Shown: positions 7,627 through 14,770 of the stretch, one piece after another | Position numbering within the stretch: position 1 is the first letter of the stretch | How the letters are laid out: the number at the start of each line of letters is the position of its first letter | The notes under the pieces: generated by a model | The model's input: only the letters and a program-made list of their open reading frames with translations | Databases searched by the model: none | What the model was told of the DNA's origin: nothing | IMG/VR virus record: IMGVR_UViG_3300031519_000158 | Location: 1 to 28,544 of that record | Source of the DNA: a virus | Taxonomy: Duplodnaviria > Caudoviricetes | Length of the DNA stretch: 28,544 nucleotides | Strand: one strand, 5' to 3' | Program-made: the position numbers and the translations under genes

Positions 7627-7930
7627 GTGGCTTGTTCCGTATGCCGTTACCCCAAGCACTGATGAGGATGGCGTAATCAGCTACGAAGCAAGCGAAGTTG
7701 CAAGCAAGACGCTATTTGCACACGATCTTGATGCCGTGGTTCCAGCAGGTAATGATGCTGACGTGATTGAAGCCGTTAAACACGGGATCAGATTGCAACG
7801 AGCAGCGGAATACCCACCGATTCAGGATTTTCTAGACGGGGCCGCCAAAGACGATCAAGACCAAATCGATGAATACAAGGCTGCCTGTCTTGCAGTAAAG
7901 GCAAAGTACCCGTTCCCCGAGGAGCAGTAG
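7562..7930 (+). CDS. Small acidic protein, probable tail-fibre-associated/assembly protein
   Basis: C-terminal RAAEYPPIQDFLDG...CLAVKAKYP resembles small proteins found after phage fibre genes. The GTG start overlaps the RT 3' end by 65 nt, so the start is uncertain. Confidence 0.65.
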   Translation: MSKPTFVNYGSDYPRPRFVKNEWLVPYAVTPSTDEDGVISYEASEVASKTLFAHDLDAVVPAGNDADVIEAVKHGIRLQRAAEYPPIQDFLDGAAKDDQDQIDEYKAACLAVKAKYPFPEEQ

Positions 7931-8050
7931 TATCAAAAGCGCACTCCAACTAAGCCTGGTGCAGAAGACATCGAGGTTCAAGCCAATAAACAGGCTTGGA
8001 TCGATGAGCAACGCGCACCAACCAAATCCGCCGGGGTGCCTTGGAACTGA
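7931..8050 (+). pseudogene. Start-less chimeric gene remnant (39 codons)
   Basis: Open frame YQKRTPTKPGAEDIEVQANKQAWIDEQRAPTKSAGVPWN* directly after the TAG of 7562-7930. Shares KPGAE with 8596-8661. No ATG; the only GTG is three codons from the end. Confidence 0.45.
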
Positions 8051-8083
8051 TCGTTAGCTAGACTGGCGAACAGGAGGTAAGTC

Positions 8084-8422
8084 ATGGCAGTTTCCCCAGG
8101 TATCTACAACATCACACTGCAACGCAGGGCAGATTACTATGTCACATTGCAGTTCAAGGACTCGACGGGAACTGCCATTGATTTAACAGGCTGGACGGTA
8201 GAGGCACAGTCTTGGGATGAAAACCGCAACAAAAAATACGTGGACTTTGCGGTTGCGTATACAGACAGAACAGCAGGCACTGTTTCAATTTCGCTGACAG
8301 ATGCTCAAACGGAAACGCTTCCAGTACTGAGCTATTACGATGTCTTGCTGACCGACGTATCAGGGTTGAAGGAATATTATCTTGAAGGGAAAATCACTTC
8401 AAGCGAAGGTTACACAGCATGA
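8084..8422 (+). CDS. Beta-sandwich virion/tail protein (BppU-N/LtfC-like, tentative)
   Basis: Strong RBS AGGAGGT at 8072-8078. The pattern IDLTGWTVEAQ...GTVSISLTDAQT...YYDVLL...YYLEG is common in phage tail accessory proteins. Confidence 0.7.
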   Translation: MAVSPGIYNITLQRRADYYVTLQFKDSTGTAIDLTGWTVEAQSWDENRNKKYVDFAVAYTDRTAGTVSISLTDAQTETLPVLSYYDVLLTDVSGLKEYYLEGKITSSEGYTA

Positions 8423-8589
8423 CAAGCGTCAATGTCACAGAGGTAAAAAATACCGTCACAGTGTCAGATGACGGTTCTACGGTCACAGTAACGACTGGTG
8501 CGATTAGTCAAGACACTTTTAATGCGCTTGTTAATCGGGTCACTGCATTGGAGTCAACGAATTATCTGGTCTTGCAGGACGGTAATTAA
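8419..8589 (+). CDS. Small hypothetical virion protein (56 aa)
   Basis: ATGA overlap with the upstream gene. MTSVNVTEVKNTVTVSDDG...YLVLQDGN*. Below the ORF-track cutoff. Confidence 0.65.
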   Translation: MTSVNVTEVKNTVTVSDDGSTVTVTTGAISQDTFNALVNRVTALESTNYLVLQDGN

Positions 8590-8595
8590 ATTTTC

Positions 8596-8661
8596 ATGAA
8601 AAGACCTGACCCTATGATCCCCAGCAAGCCTGGAGCGGAAATCGATGGCTACACCCAATAG
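8596..8661 (+). pseudogene. Truncated small gene (MKRPDPMIPSKPGAEIDGYTQ*)
   Basis: 21-codon ORF. Similarity to the 7937-8000 remnant ends at KPGAE, and the next gene starts at 8645. Confidence 0.4.
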
Positions 8662-8785
8662 CCTAAACGGCGCACAATTTGTTGTGAGCAAACCAAAGAA
8701 AACACGCCAAGGTAACGGTTTAAACAGCAAATCTTCTCATGGACGCAAGAATGGGAGGAAGTATCGCGGTCAAGGCAAGGGCTAA
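8645..8785 (+). CDS. Small basic protein (46 aa)
   Basis: MATPNSLNGAQFVVSKPKKTRQGNGLNSKSSHGRKNGRKYRGQGKG*. TAATG-coupled to the next gene. KPKKTRQG...RGQG is a pattern I recall from cyanophages. Confidence 0.7.
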   Translation: MATPNSLNGAQFVVSKPKKTRQGNGLNSKSSHGRKNGRKYRGQGKG

Positions 8786-8913
8786 TGGATTCCCGCACTT
8801 ACGAGAATTGGAGAAAAGTAAAAGAAGCTCTAGAAAGTGCCGGGAAAACTGATTGCATGTTTTACAAACGTGCTGTGACTATATTGGCGGGCAAGCCAGA
8901 CCCGCTAAAATAG
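8785..8913 (+). CDS. Small hypothetical protein (42 aa)
   Basis: MDSRTYENWRKVKEALESAGKTDCMFYKRAVTILAGKPDPLK*. Translationally coupled; family recalled from cyanophages. Confidence 0.7.
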   Translation: MDSRTYENWRKVKEALESAGKTDCMFYKRAVTILAGKPDPLK

Positions 8914-8934
8914 CAAGGTAGAGGCGCTTAAGTC

Positions 8935-9216
8935 GTGATTGAAATTTACGCAGCAATCCTAGGCGCATCTATCGGTATCGCGGGGATGTCCGTCTCTGGA
9001 TTCAGTAGACGCACCAGCGAATCGAGGGAAGCAGTTATTCGGCTTAGTGCTGGGTTGGAATCCATCGCCACCAAGTTGGAAGATTTGCACCAAGACATGA
9101 AGGCAGAAAAGGTTCAGGCGACTGCTGACCGACGCGAGATCTATGAACGGCTTAATGATCACGGCAATCGAATAATTTTATTGGAAAGCTCTAGGGCTAA
9201 AATCAATCCAGATTAA
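8935..9216 (+). CDS. N-terminally membrane-anchored coiled-coil protein (lysis-cassette, holin-like)
   Basis: Hydrophobic N-terminus IYAAILGASIGIAGMSV followed by a coiled-coil. Upstream of the endolysin. Confidence 0.7.
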   Translation: MIEIYAAILGASIGIAGMSVSGFSRRTSESREAVIRLSAGLESIATKLEDLHQDMKAEKVQATADRREIYERLNDHGNRIILLESSRAKINPD

Positions 9217-9226
9217 AGAGCAACCA

Positions 9227-9379
9227 ATGAGAATCGAAGAAGTTTTGGCGCACCCAGCATTCTGGATCGTTGTAGCGGCGGCAAGTGAGTTGATTGGAAT
9301 GTCGCCCAAGTTGCGTGAAAATTCCCTGTTGCAGCTTTTGTTTACAGCACTTCGCTCATTGAAAGCAAAAAAGGGCTGA
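9227..9379 (+). CDS. Small membrane protein, putative holin (50 aa)
   Basis: MRIEEVLAHPAFWIVVAAASELIGMSPKLRENSLLQLLFTALRSLKAKKG*. Two hydrophobic stretches, basic C-terminus, lysis-cassette position. Confidence 0.7.
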   Translation: MRIEEVLAHPAFWIVVAAASELIGMSPKLRENSLLQLLFTALRSLKAKKG

Positions 9380-9591
9380 TCCCTGCTGACGGCAGGTGGC
9401 TGTTCAGGTTCTCAACACGATCACCGCTTGAGGGATTGAAGCGCGAAATTCAACGTCGCAAGTTCGAGGCAACGCTTAAACCTCGTATCGACGCTGAAGT
9501 TGAACGCTGGCATGAATCACAGCCACCAGCCATGCCACCTCCCAAAATTGACGACTTGCACATTAAATCACCCTGGAATGACGAACAGTAA
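9367..9591 (+). CDS. -1 frame ORF probably reached by ribosomal frameshifting from the holin-like gene (fusion about 121 aa)
   Basis: A AAA AAG slippery heptamer at 9367-9373, hairpin at 9382-9396. The -1 frame is open 9319-9591 with no ATG until 9532 and fills the gap to the endolysin. Confidence 0.55.
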   Translation, partial: KKGLIPADGRWLFRFSTRSPLEGLKREIQRRKFEATLKPRIDAEVERWHESQPPAMPPPKIDDLHIKSPWNDEQ

Positions 9592-10651
9592 AGCAATCAC
9601 CCTTGAGCAACTTTTTCGGTACTACAAGAAGGAATTGCCTCATCAGACTGCGGCAATTCAGGAGCTAGAAGCAGATCTGAGCGAAAACGGCTATGACGTG
9701 GCAATGCGTCGCGATCGGGGATGGTTTTCGACATGGAGCCAATCAGGTAAACAGCGCAACTATCAAGCAGCAATTGCACTGGTGAAAAGCTTTGAAGGGT
9801 TTCACCCGGATGCGTATCTCTGCCCGGCTGGGGTGTGGTCGCTGGGCTGGGGGAACACCACAAAGGCTGACGGCTCGCCCGTAATTCCTGGCGATCGGAT
9901 CAGCCAAGAGGACGGTGATCAGCTCTTACAAAAGACAATCGATGGCATTGTCTCGGCATTGGCCGGCTCAATTCCCTACTGGTCAGCCATGACGGAGCAT
10001 CAGCAATCGGCGGTGATCTCATTTGCATACAACGTGGGGAGCTATTTCTACGGCCAGCAAGGATTTGAAACGATTAGCCGGTGCCTGCGCGAGCGGACCT
10101 ACAAAAGCGTGCCGTCGGCATTGCTGCTTTACTGCAATAAGGGCAGTGGCTTCGAGGCTGGCTTGACTCGCAGACGGAAAGCAGAAGGCCAGCTATGGGC
10201 CGGTGAACAAGCTGCAGCGCCAGAACCTGCAACGATCCGGCCTGAGTCACCGTTCAGCACCCGCCTGACGCCTCACATCACGCTGGGTGAGTTTGCACTT
10301 GGGATTGAGGCACGGCGCTTTGAGCATCAGCATCAGGTCGATATGGCCGCAGAGCTGGCGGCGTTTTTGGAGCGTGTTCGCGTCAAGTTTGGGAACAAGC
10401 CGATTATCATCACGTCTGGCTACCGGCCCCCGGCAATAAACCGCAAGGTTGGCGGTGCATCGCAGAGTGAGCACCTCTTTGACAAAGCCGGCGTTGGCGC
10501 GGTGGATTTTTACATTCAAAATGCTGACATCTGGGCGGTTCAGGCATGGTGCGAAGAGAATTGGCCCCATAGCGTTGGCCGTGCTGCATCGCGGGGGTTT
10601 ATCCATTTAGGCCGCAGAAAGGGCGGCTTGTGGGTCCGTTGGAACTATTGA
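9578..10651 (+). CDS. Endolysin: GH24 lysozyme domain plus C-terminal peptidase M15 domain
   Basis: FEGFHPDAYLCPAGVWSLGWGNT, SFAYNVG and GLTRRRKAEGQLW (GH24). TSGYRPPAINRKVGGASQSEH, AVDF and FIHL (M15 Zn peptidase). ATG 9578 preferred over TTG 9500. Confidence 0.9.
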   Translation: MTNSKAITLEQLFRYYKKELPHQTAAIQELEADLSENGYDVAMRRDRGWFSTWSQSGKQRNYQAAIALVKSFEGFHPDAYLCPAGVWSLGWGNTTKADGSPVIPGDRISQEDGDQLLQKTIDGIVSALAGSIPYWSAMTEHQQSAVISFAYNVGSYFYGQQGFETISRCLRERTYKSVPSALLLYCNKGSGFEAGLTRRRKAEGQLWAGEQAAAPEPATIRPESPFSTRLTPHITLGEFALGIEARRFEHQHQVDMAAELAAFLERVRVKFGNKPIIITSGYRPPAINRKVGGASQSEHLFDKAGVGAVDFYIQNADIWAVQAWCEENWPHSVGRAASRGFIHLGRRKGGLWVRWNY

Positions 10652-10954
10652 ATGTTCATTGAAGGGTCGGAGCTGATCCCACGGAAATGGGCTAAAGCTC
10701 GGTTTCGTAGGAGCATCCTTGAAGAATTTGGTCATCGCTGCGCGTATTGTGATGCGAAACTGACCGCTGGCAATACGACCCTCGATCACGTAAGGCCCAA
10801 GGCCAAAGGCGGCCAGACAGAGCGCAAAAATTTAATAGCGTGTTGTTCGAGATGCAACGGCCTAAAAGGCGCTCAGCCTTATCGCGAATGGTTCAGGTCT
10901 CAGCCGTTTTGGTCAGCAGAACGCGAGGCCAGGGTTGAACGCTGGATCACTTAA
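10652..10954 (+). CDS. HNH endonuclease
   Basis: CAYC...TLDHVRPKAKGG.T...NLIACCSRCNGLKG. Confidence 0.92.
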   Translation: MFIEGSELIPRKWAKARFRRSILEEFGHRCAYCDAKLTAGNTTLDHVRPKAKGGQTERKNLIACCSRCNGLKGAQPYREWFRSQPFWSAEREARVERWIT

Positions 10955-11108
10955 ACAATCCGTTATAAGCGTCCATCGCTTGCTGATAGTAAATTTCAGC
11001 CTGCCATTGTTGCCGGTGCTCGCGGGTAATCCCTGCAAACGTTACCCTCCAAATCGTGCCAGAAGTGGTCTGAACCTGTTGCATTGTTGGCGGTGTGCTT
11101 CCTACCAT
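10947..11108 (-). CDS. Small hypothetical protein
   Basis: MVGSTPPTMQQVQTTSGTIWRVTFAGITREHRQQWQAEIYYQQAMDAYNGLFK. Fills the gap between HNH and the next gene. Start could be 11144, 11108 or later. Confidence 0.55.
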   Translation of the reverse strand: MVGSTPPTMQQVQTTSGTIWRVTFAGITREHRQQWQAEIYYQQAMDAYNGLFK

Positions 11109-11129
11109 GGGGGAAATACATTCAGGAAT

Positions 11130-11348
11130 ATGGCGTTTGCTCATTGGCTAGTGCCATCAATGAGCCTAGAGAGGCAAGTAGATGTTGAATGTCATGCGCG
11201 ATCTGTTTTAACCGAAGGAACAGAAAAACAAATAAGAGAGCTTTGCAGCCAATTGGTAAGAACCTTAGCCGAAAGAGAGCAAGTGATGCTACAAGCTGTT
11301 GAGTATATTTCAGAAATCGAAATTCAGCTAGAAGACTTTAACAGCTAG
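11130..11348 (+). CDS. Small helical protein (72 aa), possibly NblA-like
   Basis: ATG 11130 with upstream AGGA and a TACCAT box. The pattern SLERQ...R......EKQIRELCSQLVR loosely resembles NblA. The CDS is likely real; the function is tentative. Confidence 0.55.
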   Translation: MAFAHWLVPSMSLERQVDVECHARSVLTEGTEKQIRELCSQLVRTLAEREQVMLQAVEYISEIEIQLEDFNS

Positions 11349-12228
11349 TTTTGAGGTATACGGCAATCTTTCTGATCGCCTTGTCTTTTTTCAACCTGAT
11401 GCTTTCCCTGCAGGTTCCTTTGGCTTTTGCGATTTGGGTAAGATTCTTTTCTTCGCCAGTCTTAAGGCCAAAATAGTCGCTGATTATCTGCTGGCTTTCT
11501 TCATCTAACCTAAGGATTGCAACCCGTATTTTTTCAATTTGTTCGTTTACCTCTATATCTGTATCAAAAGAATCTCCAGCTCTAGGATTTGACTCTGAAA
11601 AAGCGTCAATAATTGAGACTTTATTGTCTCCTTCAAAAAGCTGATCATCAGATGACTTGTGATGATATGACTGCGCCATTAGCTGAAAATCACCCGGCTG
11701 TAATCCTGTTAGCTTGGTGATTTGCTCAGTAGAAGGTGAATACCCATGTTCAAAGTAAAAATCTTTTAAGATCTTTTGTGCTTTTATAAATCGATTTAAC
11801 ATTGAGTCAGGTACTCGAATCATCCTGTCAGTTCCATATATTGCGCGGCTAATTGCTTGCCGAATCCACCAATACGAATAAGTGCTAAATTTGTAGCCTC
11901 TTTCCGGATCGAACAATTCAGCCGCTCTGCTTAATCCGATTGCTCCTTCTTGCAGTAAATCAGCAAAAGTTAAGGTTTTAGGGTTTGCCTTGAGCAACAT
12001 CTTTCTCGCAACACTTGCAACTAGCTTTATGTTGCTTTTGACTAGCTTTTCTTTTGCTCTTTGCCCAGCCCGCAACTGTCGTTTTTGAATATCACTTAGT
12101 TGATCTTTGGGCAAATCTCTTAGTTCAACGTATTTTTTAATCTGTCTGCCTAGCTGAATCTCCTGGCTTGCTGTCAACAGCGGAAACCGGGCAATTTCGT
12201 TTAGGTACTGCCCGGCAGAATCCATCAA
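11338..12228 (-). CDS. Phage-encoded RNA polymerase sigma-70 family factor (RpoD/group-2-like)
   Basis: Region 1.2 YLNEIARFPLLTASQEIQLGRQI. Region 2 LVKSNIKLVASVARK and DLLQEGAIGLSRAAELFDPERGYKFSTYSYWWIRQAI. Region 4 HTH LTQIAKAKGTCRESIR. Confidence 0.95.
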   Translation of the reverse strand: MMDSAGQYLNEIARFPLLTASQEIQLGRQIKKYVELRDLPKDQLSDIQKRQLRAGQRAKEKLVKSNIKLVASVARKMLLKANPKTLTFADLLQEGAIGLSRAAELFDPERGYKFSTYSYWWIRQAISRAIYGTDRMIRVPDSMLNRFIKAQKILKDFYFEHGYSPSTEQITKLTGLQPGDFQLMAQSYHHKSSDDQLFEGDNKVSIIDAFSESNPRAGDSFDTDIEVNEQIEKIRVAILRLDEESQQIISDYFGLKTGEEKNLTQIAKAKGTCRESIRLKKDKAIRKIAVYLKTSC

Positions 12229-12611
12229 ATTAAAGGGATTAGAAAATCCCTTGATGCTACCGGCTCAGGGCTACGCTGCAGGCCAGTAATAAACGACTCA
12301 ATCCACTCTTGGTCAGCAGCTGTCAATGATGGCGTTGTACGGCAGGGCGCTGGCTGGGGCTGGGGTTGTGCTCCATTGTTACTGCTGCAATCGTCAGCAC
12401 TGGCATCAGGAACAAGCAGAAACCGCCAAGACGACGCAAGAGCGTCTGATGCCTTGTGGATTGCTTCCCCAAAGAAGAGGCCGGCAACATACGCGGCGCA
12501 AATTGCGGTAGCGATGGCTTTCGCTGTGATTTTGAGATGTTGGCCAAGGTCTTGACTTGAAATGATTTGGGGCACGTCATTGAAGGGGGGTGATGCGGAC
12601 TGAAAAAGCAT
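12225..12611 (-). CDS. Hypothetical membrane-associated protein
   Basis: Hydrophobic AIATAICAAYVAGLFFG segment; stop overlaps the sigma start. The ATG at 12611 lies inside a terminator stem, so the true start may be GTG 12575. Confidence 0.55.
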   Translation of the reverse strand: MLFQSASPPFNDVPQIISSQDLGQHLKITAKAIATAICAAYVAGLFFGEAIHKASDALASSWRFLLVPDASADDCSSNNGAQPQPQPAPCRTTPSLTAADQEWIESFITGLQRSPEPVASRDFLIPLI

Positions 12612-12633
12612 CGCTTAGAACCCCAAGCGATGC
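12603..12633 (-). terminator. Rho-independent terminator after ssb
   Basis: GCATCGCTT / AAGCGATGC 9-bp stem (12608-12633) with an 8-nt loop, followed on the minus strand by TTTTT. Confidence 0.7.
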
Positions 12634-12659
12634 AACCTTGCAGTTGTAAACCGCAACAA

Positions 12660-13124
12660 TCAGAAGGGAATGTCGGCCTCGGTCGCGGTCACTTCACCCG
12701 CGAACGTGTCTGCTACTGCTTTTGCGGCAACGTCAACAGGCGCAACAGGCTTAGAGGCTGGCAACGGCTCAGGGTTTTGAGTGACGTTCCTGAACTGCTC
12801 AGCGCAAATGATTAGATCAGTGCGGTCTTCGCCGTCCTGGGTCTTCCATCGGTTGGTCTTGACCCGGCCAGCCACCGCCACGAGATCGCCTTGAGCGCAT
12901 TGATCGCTAAAGGCGACCCCATGTGCTCCCCATATCTCAACCGTAAACCAATCAGGCTGAGAGCCGTCATCCTTCTTGGCTCCTGCTTTATTGATCGCGA
13001 TGCGACCTTTCGCGACGCAGTTGCCAGAATCAAACGTCTTTAGCTCAGGGGCACGCGCCAAGCGTCCTACAAAATTATGTGAGGCAGACCGCAGAACAGC
13101 GGCCATAATTTCTTGTCCAGTCAT
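12660..13124 (-). CDS. ssb: Single-stranded DNA-binding protein
   Basis: FVGRLARAPELKTFDSG, WFTVEIWG, GDLVAVAGRVKTNRW and an acidic tail ending DIPF. ATG 13124 preferred. Confidence 0.93.
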   Translation of the reverse strand: MTGQEIMAAVLRSASHNFVGRLARAPELKTFDSGNCVAKGRIAINKAGAKKDDGSQPDWFTVEIWGAHGVAFSDQCAQGDLVAVAGRVKTNRWKTQDGEDRTDLIICAEQFRNVTQNPEPLPASKPVAPVDVAAKAVADTFAGEVTATEADIPF

Positions 13125-13134
13125 AGTAAAAAAA

Positions 13135-13836
13135 TTAGAAAGGGTCAGCAATGTCAGCAGCAGGAGCAGGAGACGGCTCCGCATCTTGAACGACAACAGG
13201 CATTTGCTGCGCCGTGATCTGCTCATTCAGCTCCGCCACAACATTAGTGACCGGCGCGTCTTCAACTTGAACCCTTGCAGGCTTAATCGTCTCCATCTCT
13301 TCTTTGACCCCAAGGCCAAGCAACACTTCAGGCATAAACAAATTAATTAGCCGTGTTGCAGATCGCCACCTCAGCATTTGCTCAGGCATTGTCCGATACT
13401 TTGAATTGCTGGTCCAGCCATCAGCCTTGGCTTCTGCCAGTGAGACAGACACGTCAATCCGCTCACCTGTTTCTTTCATCGTTGCTTTGGCCGTCACAAC
13501 TAACGATTCACCGCTGCCGGTGGTCTCCCATGTGATCGGGCCAGAAAGCAGCCCTGACTTATTCGCCCGGCTAATTGAAAACTTGGCGCTTGTGCTTGGC
13601 TTGCCTTTGATGATCGCCACCTCTTGAAACATCACCATTGGATGCTCCCCAAGCTGTTCGGCATACATCAATGCAACTAAACACGCTTCAGGCTTGCCCT
13701 GAAAGTGTTGAGGCACCATCCCAGACATTGAGAACACTTTCGCTACCCGATACAGGTGCTCCAGTGCTTGGCCGTTGTGCAAGAACGCGAGCGGCGTTGG
13801 TGATTGCGTTGTCGTAATCGCTGATGAGTTCGTCAT
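13135..13836 (-). CDS. RecT/Red-beta-like single-strand annealing protein
   Basis: SGMVPQHFQGKPEACLVALMYAEQLG...IIKGKPS and AKADGW...KYRTMPEQMLRWRS. Sits between the exonuclease and ssb. Confidence 0.8.
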   Translation of the reverse strand: MTNSSAITTTQSPTPLAFLHNGQALEHLYRVAKVFSMSGMVPQHFQGKPEACLVALMYAEQLGEHPMVMFQEVAIIKGKPSTSAKFSISRANKSGLLSGPITWETTGSGESLVVTAKATMKETGERIDVSVSLAEAKADGWTSNSKYRTMPEQMLRWRSATRLINLFMPEVLLGLGVKEEMETIKPARVQVEDAPVTNVVAELNEQITAQQMPVVVQDAEPSPAPAADIADPF

Positions 13837-13895
13837 AGTTAGGCGGTTGAGGGTTTGTTCTGTAGCGGTAAAGCTCAAGCAGTTGCTTGTCAGCG

Positions 13896-14696
13896 TTAGT
13901 CATTGCACCATCCAGGCAGCTCAAGCGGCTCTTGGATCTGATCTCCATAACCAGGCCAGACACCAGAAGCTCTGCATTCTGCGATCTGCTCCAATGCCCT
14001 GCTGATCCGGCGCTGGCCCGCTGTAATCATCAGCGGCGACGCTGGGTAAACCGCTACGGCATAGGGCCGTATTGATTCAACAGCAATCGTGATGAACTGC
14101 TCAGCGCCAAGTGCATCTTGGTTCCATGCAGCTTGAATGTGATAAGAAAAATTGGCTGTGCTCTTGGCAAATCCAGATCGGCTTGCGTCTTGCGTGGTTT
14201 TTACATCCACAACAATCCGCTGATCTGCTGAATGCCAGTCAGGCCGGGTTTTGCATTCCACGCCTGTCGCAGCATCGGTCCAGCTATACGACTGCTCAAC
14301 CTTGCCCGGCATTTCAAGCAAAAATTTTGCCGCTGGATGGGAACGCACAGCCTCAGCCATGAATGCCACTTCCTCGGCATCGTCAGCGCTTAAAACGACT
14401 CGGCCTGCAGCAGCCTGCTCAAATTCAGCAGCAGCCGCCTTGCCTGCTTTTGTTCTGCGATCTAATCGCGGCTGAACCGCCACCACATCCGTCCATGTTT
14501 CGGGCTCTAAAACCGCAGTATGAAGCGCCGTTCCCTTTTGCATCGCTGCCGTAGGCGCTGCCTTGATCGCGTTTGGGTTCTCAAAGCGGTCCCAATAATG
14601 CAGCATCGTCCGCTCTTTCAACCTGCTAGGGCTGACCGCTGACATCGCGTGATATTCCTCATTGCTCAAGTTCGGGTGATGCGTCAGTTTTGGCAT
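13896..14696 (-). CDS. RecE/exonuclease VIII-like PD-(D/E)XK nuclease (DUF3799)
   Basis: SNEEYHA..AVSPS, GTALHTAVLEP, CKTRPDW, IVVDVKTT and YHIQAAW. ATG 14696 preferred. Confidence 0.88.
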   Translation of the reverse strand: MPKLTHHPNLSNEEYHAMSAVSPSRLKERTMLHYWDRFENPNAIKAAPTAAMQKGTALHTAVLEPETWTDVVAVQPRLDRRTKAGKAAAAEFEQAAAGRVVLSADDAEEVAFMAEAVRSHPAAKFLLEMPGKVEQSYSWTDAATGVECKTRPDWHSADQRIVVDVKTTQDASRSGFAKSTANFSYHIQAAWNQDALGAEQFITIAVESIRPYAVAVYPASPLMITAGQRRISRALEQIAECRASGVWPGYGDQIQEPLELPGWCND

Positions 14697-14770
14697 AGGG
14701 TGCTTTTGATGCCTCGGCAACATAACCGCGAGCATCCAAGAAACGCTCATTTGAAGTCGCATCTCTTCAC

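Noticed and set aside
7562-7930. 122-aa ORF as Avd
   Set aside because: Right size, but acidic and with a fibre-associated C-terminal motif rather than the basic four-helix Avd pattern. Kept only as a candidate non-canonical partner.
7928-7930. Genome-wide TAG recoding suggested by the open frame after this stop
   Set aside because: Other clear genes (primase, minor head protein, 74-aa gene) end properly at TAG, and long genes are not interrupted by TAG.
9500-9577. Extended starts in the ORF track (endolysin 9500; also 10935, ssb 13226, recE-like 14762)
   Set aside because: The extensions overlap neighbouring genes or regulatory boxes and lack family similarity. Downstream ATGs fit better.
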